Assembly: GCA_048938895.1 (NCBI GenBank)
Contig: JBHLLU010000049.1
Location: 1-29,281, forward strand
From: Promethearchaeota archaeon
GTDB lineage: Archaea; Asgardarchaeota; Lokiarchaeia; Sigyniarchaeales; SOKP01
DNA: 29,281 bases
Direction of reading: 5' to 3'
The translations under genes were made by a program, and so were the position numbers. A model generated the notes under the pieces. That model was not told the DNA's origin, did not search any database, and saw only the letters and a program-made list of their open reading frames with translations. Below are positions 9,716-18,310 of the stretch, piece after piece (positions within the stretch are counted from its first letter, which is position 1; every line of letters starts with the position of its first letter).

Positions 9716-9795
9716 GGATAAGTATTAAAAAAGATATTTTCTGACTTTTTCTTGAAGGAAGAATGTTTTTATAACAAGAAAATTAAATTTCTTCT

Positions 9796-10161
9796 ATGAA
9801 TAATTACGACGACCTTAAAATTGAGGGTGGAAAAAACATTGCAATTAAAGCTCCACCACATGTTTTTATTCCCACCGTTGAATTCTACATTGATATCTTA
9901 AAGTTAGAAGTAATTGAAGAGAATCCAAATAGTATCAAATTCAGATTTGGAGAAATGAACCTTTATATCGACAAAGTAGAACATATAAGCCAAGCTGAAG
10001 TATGGCTTGAGATATGTGTAAATTCAGTTGAATTGGCATCCAAATATTTTGAAGAAAAAAAAATAGTAAGGTGCGATAGTATTGAGAAATTACCTAACGA
10101 TTTTAAGGGTTTTTGGATATTAAATCCTGCGAGCATTGTTCATTTAGTAACAGTAGATTAA
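9796..10161 (+). CDS. VOC/glyoxalase-like protein
   Basis: NIAIK.P......TVEFY.DIL.L, F.FG...L.ID, and GFWI.NPA.IVHL beta-alpha-beta-beta-beta pattern. Confidence 0.75.
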   Translation: MNNYDDLKIEGGKNIAIKAPPHVFIPTVEFYIDILKLEVIEENPNSIKFRFGEMNLYIDKVEHISQAEVWLEICVNSVELASKYFEEKKIVRCDSIEKLPNDFKGFWILNPASIVHLVTVD

Positions 10162-10170
10162 GTTTTTCCA

Positions 10171-10713
10171 TTAATTTGTAAGTGATATACTGAAACTCAA
10201 CATCCAAAACATAAGAGTGTATATAAGTATTCGCTCTAATGTTCCCTTTCCTAATCCTAAAAACGTTATAGTCGAATCTGCAGGTAATCCTACATATGGA
10301 AAGAAGACAATAAGTAAAACTAATGAAATAATACCTAGAACAATTGAAAGATAAGATATCGGGGAATTCAAGACTTTATAGGAGAGAATAGCACTAAATA
10401 CCGCAAATAGGAATGCAAATGCGGTCATGTATCCATGAAAGGGTCTTATATCCTCATTAAATATCCCAACTCCTATTATAAATACACCTGTGAGGAATAA
10501 CGAGATATTAAATATTTTAAAGTCAATATACTTGAAGAGTAAAATAGAAGAGAAAATAATACTTATTCCAAATAATATAATCGAAATATTATATATAATG
10601 GATGTTGTACCACTGCCAAGAGAGCTTACATAATGGAGAGAACTGTTGTATCCCGGCTGATAACTAGCTAAAACAATTATCATCATCAACCATTGAATAC
10701 ATCCAATAAACAT
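10171..10713 (-). CDS. DUF998 family membrane protein (true start probably upstream, see findings)
   Basis: PGYN.....VS.LG, G...IGVGIF.E, H...., G.GTLERI..Y...W motifs; several TM helices. Confidence 0.82.
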   Translation of the reverse strand: MFIGCIQWLMMIIVLASYQPGYNSSLHYVSSLGSGTTSIIYNISIILFGISIIFSSILLFKYIDFKIFNISLFLTGVFIIGVGIFNEDIRPFHGYMTAFAFLFAVFSAILSYKVLNSPISYLSIVLGIISLVLLIVFFPYVGLPADSTITFLGLGKGTLERILIYTLMFWMLSFSISLTN

Positions 10714-10791
10714 TATTAATCCAGCAGTTCCTTTTGAAAATGATTTAATTGGTATATCACCTTTTCATAGTTGTTATATCTTTTAAAAGAT

Positions 10792-11328
10792 TTATTTATT
10801 TTGAAGAGATTCAATTACTTTTTCATATTTGTAATGAATTAGAGTTTTGTCAAAATCCCAAAATTCTTGGAGCATTATATTTTGTTCTCCTTCTGTAAAG
10901 TATTTCATTACGGGAATAAAAAAATGTTTATCTTCTTTTTCAATATGTTTTGGGTAGAAATCCACCAATTCGCCTATGAGATTTACAATTTCATCTATTT
11001 TTTTGATATTACCCTTTACATACTCATTTTTTGCATCAACAAGTTTACCAACTATACCTCTTGCCCAAACATGCTCCTCTACTAATTCTTGCATTATCCG
11101 TTCATGATTAGGAGAGAGTTGTTTCTTATCAAGGTCTCTGAATAGTATATCCTCTTCTTTCCCATGATGAGTTCTATCGGCATATATCCTGATAAAATCA
11201 ACAGCTGTATCAATAAATATTGGATTTGCTTTAGAAAGTTTTTTCATCTTGTCAATTTCAATTTCCATTAGAGAGATCATTTTTTCAATTAATCTATGCT
11301 CTTTCATCAATGGTCCTATTGGCATCAT
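10792..11328 (-). CDS. hemerythrin-like (HHE cation-binding) domain protein
   Basis: LM.EH..I, HHGKEE.ILF, EH...R, HIEKED..F metal-ligand motifs. Confidence 0.92.
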   Translation of the reverse strand: MMPIGPLMKEHRLIEKMISLMEIEIDKMKKLSKANPIFIDTAVDFIRIYADRTHHGKEEDILFRDLDKKQLSPNHERIMQELVEEHVWARGIVGKLVDAKNEYVKGNIKKIDEIVNLIGELVDFYPKHIEKEDKHFFIPVMKYFTEGEQNIMLQEFWDFDKTLIHYKYEKVIESLQNK

Positions 11329-11544
11329 TTTTACTTTACCTAATTTACCTTTTATTATTTAATTAATCACGTAAAAGTAAATAAAATTAGCCATGAACAT
11401 GTTCTACTATATTTTCCAAATTGTTGTAGAAACACCTAGATATATAATTTACATCAAATTTGCTATCAAAGTGTAAATATAAATATTTTTTCACGATTAT
11501 TCATATAGTTAAGACTAATTAATTTAAAAATAAAATTTCTGAAA

Positions 11545-11826
11545 ATGTATTGTACCAATTGTGGTGCTAAAATAGACCAAAACTATCGAATTTGCCCTTA
11601 TTGCGGGCAAAAAAGCAGCAGTTCAGATATAGAAGATGACAAAGATATTAAGATACGAGATTTAGAACAAAAAGTGGCGCAATTAGAGCAGAAAATCAAG
11701 GAAGGATCGAAATCGGAGGATAAAAAAAAGCCTTTCAATCCCTTTCAACCTTGGTTTTTCATCTTTCCTCTGCTATTTGTAGTTTTGTTTTTTGTATTCT
11801 TTATAGTATTGGTTAGTATTAGGTAG
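11545..11826 (+). CDS. zinc-ribbon, coiled-coil, C-terminal TM (tail-anchored) protein
   Basis: CTNCG..CPYCG; heptad IRDLEQKVAQLEQKI; terminal hydrophobic segment WFFIFPLLFVVLFFVFFIVLV. Confidence 0.85.
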   Translation: MYCTNCGAKIDQNYRICPYCGQKSSSSDIEDDKDIKIRDLEQKVAQLEQKIKEGSKSEDKKKPFNPFQPWFFIFPLLFVVLFFVFFIVLVSIR

Positions 11827-11946
11827 AATTATTTAAGTTTATAATGAAGAGAATTGACCCTTTAATACATATCATATATCATTTAAATGAATATTTAACA
11901 AAAATGTTAAATTAAAGGGTATCTATTTTTTAACTACCAAAGTAAT

Positions 11947-14900
11947 TTGGTGAAATCTAAATTGAAATTCAATGCAAAAATCAAATTAAAAACTAAAGGA
12001 AAAACTGTAATTCTAATTCTAATCATAGCAATGTCAGTGGCAGGAATTAGCAATATAAACGTTAATTCATCACAAGTTAACAAAGCAGACGAAGAAATTA
12101 AACCCAGTACACCTCCAGTTAAGAAGTATAAATATGATTACGAGAATAATTTTGATTATTCTAGTCATTCCGCTGCTGTCATACTAGGAGATATGAGTCC
12201 TGTAGTCACGTCAGCTGTTGCTGGAGCTGATACTGAATGGAGTCAAAATCCAAATGATAATAACAAATTAGAATTTGATATGGTGGGGGTTTTTAATTCT
12301 TGGGAAGGAGATTTTGCTGTAGTGGGCGCCGTACAAGTAGAGTCTGTTAATACCTTTAAGCCGCAAGCGAATCCATATTTAGGGGCTTACATTGATTGGT
12401 CCTTTGATCTTAATCTTGATGTTCTGGAAGGTATTGACATTTTAACACGGCAATGTTATATATCCTTAATGATCTTAACTCCAGATCCAACTGAAAATGA
12501 AGAACTAATAACAATCGAAAACTTTAATCCTCAAAAAGGTACCTACTATTTGGCTAATTTTAAAAAATATATTTGGGATGACGGAAAAGTTAGATTTGCG
12601 TTAGCTTGTCTTTTACTTGGGACTACTTTATGGTATGCTCCATTACCTTGGTTTTTGGCGACGCTTGATTTTAATGGATTGCGGGTAGTTCAAGAAATAA
12701 AACCTGTAGAAACAGAAAGAGAGGAGAAAACTTTAATTCTTGTCCACGGTTGTTTTGAAGCTGATCCAATAACTTATTGGTCGAGTTATAGAGCCATGTT
12801 AGAATTTCAGCAATCTTATGATAAAATCATTATAATGAGTTATTATGGTAATTATCGCGCACATAGATACTCAAAAGATGAAGATGGCGTTTGGCATGAT
12901 GATCCTATTTTTTTCGTCGATTTCGGTTTGACACCTCAACCCATTTTTACTCTAGCAAATTCTATTGTTGAAATCGCTTTTGGGTTAGCACTCTACATAA
13001 TGCAAGATCTTTTTTATGTTGGGAATAATGTAGACATTGTCTCTCATTCGATGGGAGGTTTAGTGACGAGATTCATGGTGAAACATTTCTATGAAGAGAT
13101 AAAGAATTTTTATGCCCTTTTTGACCAAAGTTTTACAATTAATTCTGTGTGTACGTGTGGAACTCCTAACCATGGACTAATGCTCGGATGGATAGCTTGG
13201 GCATTTCCGTTCCCTATAATACCACCCCTTCAGATTGCTGAAATGGGACCTGGAAGTCTTTTCCTTACGGAATTAAACTATATAGGGGTAATTTCTGGTA
13301 CTGAAATACCCCTTTCAGGTATATTTATCAATTGGTTTACGTATCGAGGTGGAGATCATACGACATGGTTAAGTCACTTCATAAGAGGAGATGGGTTAGT
13401 AGGAGCCCTTTCTGTTCCTATAGCTGGTGCGACAAATAGGGGTATATTCAATGTAGATCATGGTGGAACAGCAATCAGCAAAATGACGAGACATGTTATA
13501 TTCAATGATCTTGTTGAACCGCCTGATATTATTGAAGAAATCTTTGCGACGGGGATACCTGGAACAATTATTTGTATAGAAGATCTCACGCTTGAACCTA
13601 ATTTTGAGATGCCTGGGGGAAAAACTCTTTTATCGATTACATTAGATCCTCAAGATGTGAACGATATTGAACCAACCTCTATGGAAGTAGATATTAATCC
13701 AATTTTTCCTATGCAGTTAAAATCTGGAACAGAAGGCACTTATGAAGTCGAACTCCCATTAGAAGATGGAGATTATTCTTTTTTAATAACTGCAGATGAG
13801 CATGATGGGGGAACATACCAAATTTATGGGAATTTGAGAATCGTAGATGATGATGCGCAAGCACCCCAAATTTTTATATCACCCCTTCAAACTTTGATAT
13901 CAGATGAAGAAGCTGAGGGAGGAGTCTCGGTTTTATGGGTAATTTCAGATTACAGTGGTATCGATGAGGCTATAGTGACTTTAAATGAATTAGAGATTGC
14001 TTCTTATAGCGATGAAGGTGAAATAATTGGTGGTTATCTAATCCCAAACACTCTTGGAGTATATACTTTTTCTTTTTATGCGAGAGATGACGATAATGAT
14101 CCGGGACATGATCCACCAGGAGGAGACTGGTTGGAAGGCTCAATCGAGAGAACATTTACGATTTATGATGATGATATAGATCCTCCTGTAATAACCATAA
14201 CACCAGGCGATGGTTATTTTTCCGATGGAGAAACTGTTGGTGGTTTATTAGTTTCATGGGATATTTCAGATTATAGTGGTATTTCTGAAGCTACTGTAGA
14301 GTTAAATGGAGATGAGATTAGGTCTTACGGACTTACTGAAGGATCCATAGAAGACTCATACCTTTTACTAAATGAACCAGGAACATATACATTTGAAATT
14401 TGGGCTAAAGATGGAGATAATGACCTAAGACATGATCCACTAGAACAAGATTGGTTAGATAATTCAGCTCAGAGAACTATTGTAATCTATGATGATGATA
14501 CAACAGGACCTACGATTTATCCCCTTATAATTGATCGTTATTGGGTTGGTGATCAACTATGTCTTGAGTTTAATGTATTTGCTACAGATCATCAGAGTGG
14601 TATTGGAATCGTAGATATTAAAATCGGATCATATAGTGCAAATTTCCTTGGTCGTCATTATGCTGTTCTTGATCCTGGAAATTACGATCTACAAATTACG
14701 GTATCAAATGGAGATAATGATCGATTATTTGATACAGAAATATCATATTTAACCATACCAATAGATTTAATGCCTTTGGTAACAACAATATCTTTTGGTA
14801 CGCCACATCATCTTATAGGTGATAATCATCATATAACTTCAGATACAGAAATCATTTTCACTGTTGATGCAGTTTCCGAATTAGACGAAACACTATATAA

Positions 14901-15708
14901 AATTTCAAATGATCAATATCCTGGTGAATGGACTCAATATACAGTACCACTATTTCTTAACTTAGATGATGGCATCTACACTCTTGAATATTATAGCATT
15001 GATACTGAGGGTAACACCGAAAAGATTAAATCTGTATCCATCGTCCTTGACAATTCGGCACCTTTTATTAATATAATCACGCCTCAACCAGGAGTTGCTT
15101 TGCAGGATGGTGTTACATTCACTATGGAAGTGACAGATTTAACTGGGGTAGAATGGGTAAGTATTTCAATAAGAGAACCTGATGGCTCTACTGGAATTAT
15201 CATTGATCCAGCTTTTGAAGATTTGTCTGCTATAAACGTAGGTGGTGATATCTGGCAGTACGACTTTGACACTACACTCTTACCAGATGGATACTATATT
15301 CTCTTCGTAGAAACAATTGATCCATTAGGACAATATGGATATGAAACGGTTAATTTTGCTATTAGAAATTGGGCTGTTTTAGAATTATTACCCGCAACGG
15401 AAAAAAATAGAGCAGGTCGTACTATGCCTGTTAAATTTTCTCTAAGAGTAGTTGAAGCTGTTGATCCTGCTATGCCATTCGTGTGGAATGAAGAATTAGA
15501 TATATTAATATACGACGAAAGCGATCCTTCAACAATCCTACAACATTCAACTTATGGAGATACTTCAGTAGATTATAGGATCAGTGCTGAAGGTGAACTC
15601 TATATTACAAATTTTAAAACCTCCAAAACTCCTGCAGTTTATATTGTTGAAATTTGGAGAAAGGGAATACCGATAGGAACCTTTGATTTCGAAACTTATC
15701 TTAAATGA
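11947..15708 (+). CDS. large secreted alpha/beta-hydrolase (lipase/PGAP1-like) with Ig-like repeats and a C-terminal PxKF domain
   Basis: Signal/anchor; LILVHG, DIVSHSMGG nucleophile elbow, GTPNHG, GDGLV (Asp), VDH (His); acidic beta repeats; G.YTLEYYSID..GN.E repeat; AGRTMPVKF. The TTG/GTG start is uncertain. Confidence 0.85.
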   Translation: MVKSKLKFNAKIKLKTKGKTVILILIIAMSVAGISNINVNSSQVNKADEEIKPSTPPVKKYKYDYENNFDYSSHSAAVILGDMSPVVTSAVAGADTEWSQNPNDNNKLEFDMVGVFNSWEGDFAVVGAVQVESVNTFKPQANPYLGAYIDWSFDLNLDVLEGIDILTRQCYISLMILTPDPTENEELITIENFNPQKGTYYLANFKKYIWDDGKVRFALACLLLGTTLWYAPLPWFLATLDFNGLRVVQEIKPVETEREEKTLILVHGCFEADPITYWSSYRAMLEFQQSYDKIIIMSYYGNYRAHRYSKDEDGVWHDDPIFFVDFGLTPQPIFTLANSIVEIAFGLALYIMQDLFYVGNNVDIVSHSMGGLVTRFMVKHFYEEIKNFYALFDQSFTINSVCTCGTPNHGLMLGWIAWAFPFPIIPPLQIAEMGPGSLFLTELNYIGVISGTEIPLSGIFINWFTYRGGDHTTWLSHFIRGDGLVGALSVPIAGATNRGIFNVDHGGTAISKMTRHVIFNDLVEPPDIIEEIFATGIPGTIICIEDLTLEPNFEMPGGKTLLSITLDPQDVNDIEPTSMEVDINPIFPMQLKSGTEGTYEVELPLEDGDYSFLITADEHDGGTYQIYGNLRIVDDDAQAPQIFISPLQTLISDEEAEGGVSVLWVISDYSGIDEAIVTLNELEIASYSDEGEIIGGYLIPNTLGVYTFSFYARDDDNDPGHDPPGGDWLEGSIERTFTIYDDDIDPPVITITPGDGYFSDGETVGGLLVSWDISDYSGISEATVELNGDEIRSYGLTEGSIEDSYLLLNEPGTYTFEIWAKDGDNDLRHDPLEQDWLDNSAQRTIVIYDDDTTGPTIYPLIIDRYWVGDQLCLEFNVFATDHQSGIGIVDIKIGSYSANFLGRHYAVLDPGNYDLQITVSNGDNDRLFDTEISYLTIPIDLMPLVTTISFGTPHHLIGDNHHITSDTEIIFTVDAVSELDETLYKISNDQYPGEWTQYTVPLFLNLDDGIYTLEYYSIDTEGNTEKIKSVSIVLDNSAPFINIITPQPGVALQDGVTFTMEVTDLTGVEWVSISIREPDGSTGIIIDPAFEDLSAINVGGDIWQYDFDTTLLPDGYYILFVETIDPLGQYGYETVNFAIRNWAVLELLPATEKNRAGRTMPVKFSLRVVEAVDPAMPFVWNEELDILIYDESDPSTILQHSTYGDTSVDYRISAEGELYITNFKTSKTPAVYIVEIWRKGIPIGTFDFETYLK
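13840..14484 (+). repeat. two tandem internal protein repeats of about 107 aa (a third, degenerate copy follows)
   Basis: Units start IVDDDAQAP (13840), IYDDDIDPP (14161) and IYDDDTTGP (14485). The first two share ISDYSGI.EA.V.LN, G.YTF...A.D.DND..HDP...DWL. Confidence 0.85.
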
Positions 15709-15715
15709 ACGAATC

Positions 15716-15756
15716 ATGAAAGAAATTCTTTCATTAAAAAATTCTTTTTTTTTTTT
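15716..15756 (+). terminator. hairpin plus T12 tract between convergent genes
   Basis: ATGAAAGAA-A-TTCTTTCAT inverted repeat (15716-15734) followed by 12 T at 15745-15756, just after the 15708 stop. Confidence 0.6.
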
Positions 15757-15782
15757 AATTTTAAAGGATATATAAATAAAAA

Positions 15783-16547
15783 TTATTTTCTTCTTATCAG
15801 AATTATAACTCCTATTAAAAGTAAAGCGCAAAATCCATATACGCTTGCATTAATCAATGCTGATCGTAAGATTTCATTGGGCTCTAGAGGAGGTGGTGGA
15901 TTTCCTGTAGGTGAGCCTTGTTGTTCTGGAATGAATAAATTCCCCGGGGGAATTTTGTCAGGATAATTATAAGCTAACAATCCAACAGCACCACCAGCAA
16001 TAATAGGAAGTAATACTCTTGAGAATATTTTCATACCAAGCGAAGGACCATAAATTTTCAATTGGTCACCCCGTTCTTGTACTTCCCTTAAAAAAGCAAG
16101 ATTTATCGATTCATCAATTGTATTGTCAATAAGACTCCTCATATCTCGCATAGGACTATCCTGTACAACCCTTTCAATTTCGATAGCAGCCTTGTTTTTC
16201 ACCCATTTCTTAAGTTCCTTTTCTTTAACCCACTCATTTTTATCTATGTAGGATTTGACATTTTTAGCAGTAACATTTTGAATTTCCCGAAAGACTTGTG
16301 GATCTGTTTTAGCGAATTTTCTTTTATATCGTCTTACTCTTCGAAAGCTTCTTTTAATTCTTCTCCCTACTCTCCTAACCTTCCTTCCCACTCTTCTGAA
16401 TCCTCCTTTTATTTTTCGCCCTATTCTTCGAAAAGCTCTTCCAATTCTTCTGATAAATGAAACTATTGAAATTAGAACAAAAACATACAAAAGGATTTGA
16501 AGAATCCACCATTGATTCATTATAATTATTATGGATAAAAACCTCAT
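15783..16547 (-). CDS. hypothetical membrane protein with an Arg-rich amphipathic repeat
   Basis: Three hydrophobic segments; RRIGRAFRRIGRKIKGGFRRVGRKVRRVGRRIKRSFRRVRR after TM1; Pro-rich loop. Start may be the Met at 16520. Confidence 0.75.
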   Translation of the reverse strand: MRFLSIIIIMNQWWILQILLYVFVLISIVSFIRRIGRAFRRIGRKIKGGFRRVGRKVRRVGRRIKRSFRRVRRYKRKFAKTDPQVFREIQNVTAKNVKSYIDKNEWVKEKELKKWVKNKAAIEIERVVQDSPMRDMRSLIDNTIDESINLAFLREVQERGDQLKIYGPSLGMKIFSRVLLPIIAGGAVGLLAYNYPDKIPPGNLFIPEQQGSPTGNPPPPLEPNEILRSALINASVYGFCALLLIGVIILIRRK

Positions 16548-16635
16548 TTATTAGATTTCAATATGATGTAAATATATTTAAGAGTTAATATTTAATACAC
16601 TATTATCAATTTAATATGATTTAAAGTACAATGGA

Positions 16636-17376
16636 ATGGATAGAATATTAGATATCGATTTAGACTTCTTTCTCAATAAAGTAAGTATTTCACGAGAGAA
16701 TGATAAGCGCTTAAATAGGAAAAAATATTATCCTTGGTCAAAGTCCAGGTTTGAAAGTTTTCTTGAAAATCGTTGCCAATTATCAAAAAATCATCGCATT
16801 CCAGGAAGAATTCTTAATCAACATCATGAAGCATTCTATTTTTGGCGAGATCAGATACTTCAAGGAAAAATTATAACTCCTTTTGAACTAGTGCACATTG
16901 ATGCACATTCTGATTTAGGTGACGCTGATTGGGGGTGGATATATGTTACAAGCGAATTATTACATAAACCAGTTGAAGAAAGAATCAATCCCAATGATTG
17001 TTTTTTATATGGAATTAATGAAGCAAATTATCTGGCATTTACTCTAGCCTGTAGATGGATAAACAAATTGACTTTCGTGGTTCACCCAAGATGGGAGGAT
17101 GATTTAACAAAAGTTTATTTTAAAGATTATAAATCAGAGAGTCACATGATAGAACTAAAAAAATTCGACAAGGATGAATTATTAGAAAAAGGATTTGATG
17201 CAACTCCAGATATTTCTGATCCCGAACCTCATGTTCCAGTTGAGTTCATTGATTTATTAGACTATAAAACTGAAGATCAATTTAACGTAATAAGCTGCTG
17301 TCACTCAAAATCTTACACTCCAAGAAGTTCAGATAAATTATTAGGAGTTTTTAAGAAATTTATAAAGAAAATCTAA
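16636..17376 (+). CDS. UPF0489 family protein (arginase/deacetylase-like metal motifs)
   Basis: LDIDLDFF, HH.AF..W, VHIDAHSDLG, INEANY, S..YTP..SD motifs. Confidence 0.8.
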   Translation: MDRILDIDLDFFLNKVSISRENDKRLNRKKYYPWSKSRFESFLENRCQLSKNHRIPGRILNQHHEAFYFWRDQILQGKIITPFELVHIDAHSDLGDADWGWIYVTSELLHKPVEERINPNDCFLYGINEANYLAFTLACRWINKLTFVVHPRWEDDLTKVYFKDYKSESHMIELKKFDKDELLEKGFDATPDISDPEPHVPVEFIDLLDYKTEDQFNVISCCHSKSYTPRSSDKLLGVFKKFIKKI

Positions 17377-18290
17377 GATATATTATTTCTCTCAATTGGA
17401 TCAAGTACTTTTCTGATAATTTTTGGTTGATAAATTAAACTTTTATGAAATACTGGTGAATAATAAAGTGTATTATTATTTATCCTGGTATAATTGTTTT
17501 GAATTTGTTCAATACTTACGCTTTTAAAATCAATGCTGTCTGAACCAAGTGTAAACGACCAACATCCAAAAAAAGAGGGGATAAATTGGCGATATTGAAT
17601 GGAAAATTGGAATTTTTTTGAAAATATTTTAAAATATTCAATTGAACTCTTCGGATTCTCCTTAGAGAGAATTTTACGAACCTTTTTCGTTCTTTTAGAG
17701 TAATAGAAGCTATCCCCATTCCCAGTTTGTGCAGAAAGAATACCATTTGGTTGTAAACAAGTTTTAAGGTCATTATAAAATTGCTCTTCTAAGGCAAAAG
17801 AACAATTTTTTTTATTATCAGGTAAATCAATATAAATAATATCGTAAGGTTCTTCAACCTCCTTAATAAATTGTAATCCATCTTGAATTTTAATGTTTAA
17901 TTTTGGATGTTTATTTATTTTACCAAGTAATGGTTTAAAATGCTTGATACAAAATTTTGTCACATACCTATCTAACTCAACTAAATCCACAAGTTCAATT
18001 TCTGGAAATTTCAACAGTTGTTTTGCTAAAAACAAATCCCCTCCTCCGATGATCAGTATTCTTCTTGGATTAGGATGAGAAAATAAGGCAGGAAAGCAAA
18101 ACAATTCATGATATATAAATTCATCTAACTCTGCAAGTTGAATTTCATTATCTAAAAAAAGCATCTTACCAAAGCTCCGAGTTTTAATAATTTCAATATG
18201 ATTAAACTCAGAATAAAAATCCTCTAGTATCTTATCAATTAATATTTTTACTTTAACAGAATGAAGAACAGTTTTCGGTTTATATTGCAT
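17373..18290 (-). CDS. speE: spermidine synthase / polyamine aminopropyltransferase
   Basis: FGKML.LD..IQ....DEFIYHE, HPNPRRILIIGGGD, VELD..V, DG..FI, YDII..D..D, L.PNGI...Q, IPSF.G.W.F. Confidence 0.92.
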   Translation of the reverse strand: MQYKPKTVLHSVKVKILIDKILEDFYSEFNHIEIIKTRSFGKMLFLDNEIQLAELDEFIYHELFCFPALFSHPNPRRILIIGGGDLFLAKQLLKFPEIELVDLVELDRYVTKFCIKHFKPLLGKINKHPKLNIKIQDGLQFIKEVEEPYDIIYIDLPDNKKNCSFALEEQFYNDLKTCLQPNGILSAQTGNGDSFYYSKRTKKVRKILSKENPKSSIEYFKIFSKKFQFSIQYRQFIPSFFGCWSFTLGSDSIDFKSVSIEQIQNNYTRINNNTLYYSPVFHKSLIYQPKIIRKVLDPIERNNIS

Positions 18291-18310
18291 CTTATTCCCT
18301 ATTTTGGTAT

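Noticed and set aside
11395-11404. GAACATGTTC palindrome resembling a LexA box
   Set aside because: Spacing differs from GAAC-N4-GTTC, single copy, and a 10-bp palindrome is expected by chance in 29 kb.
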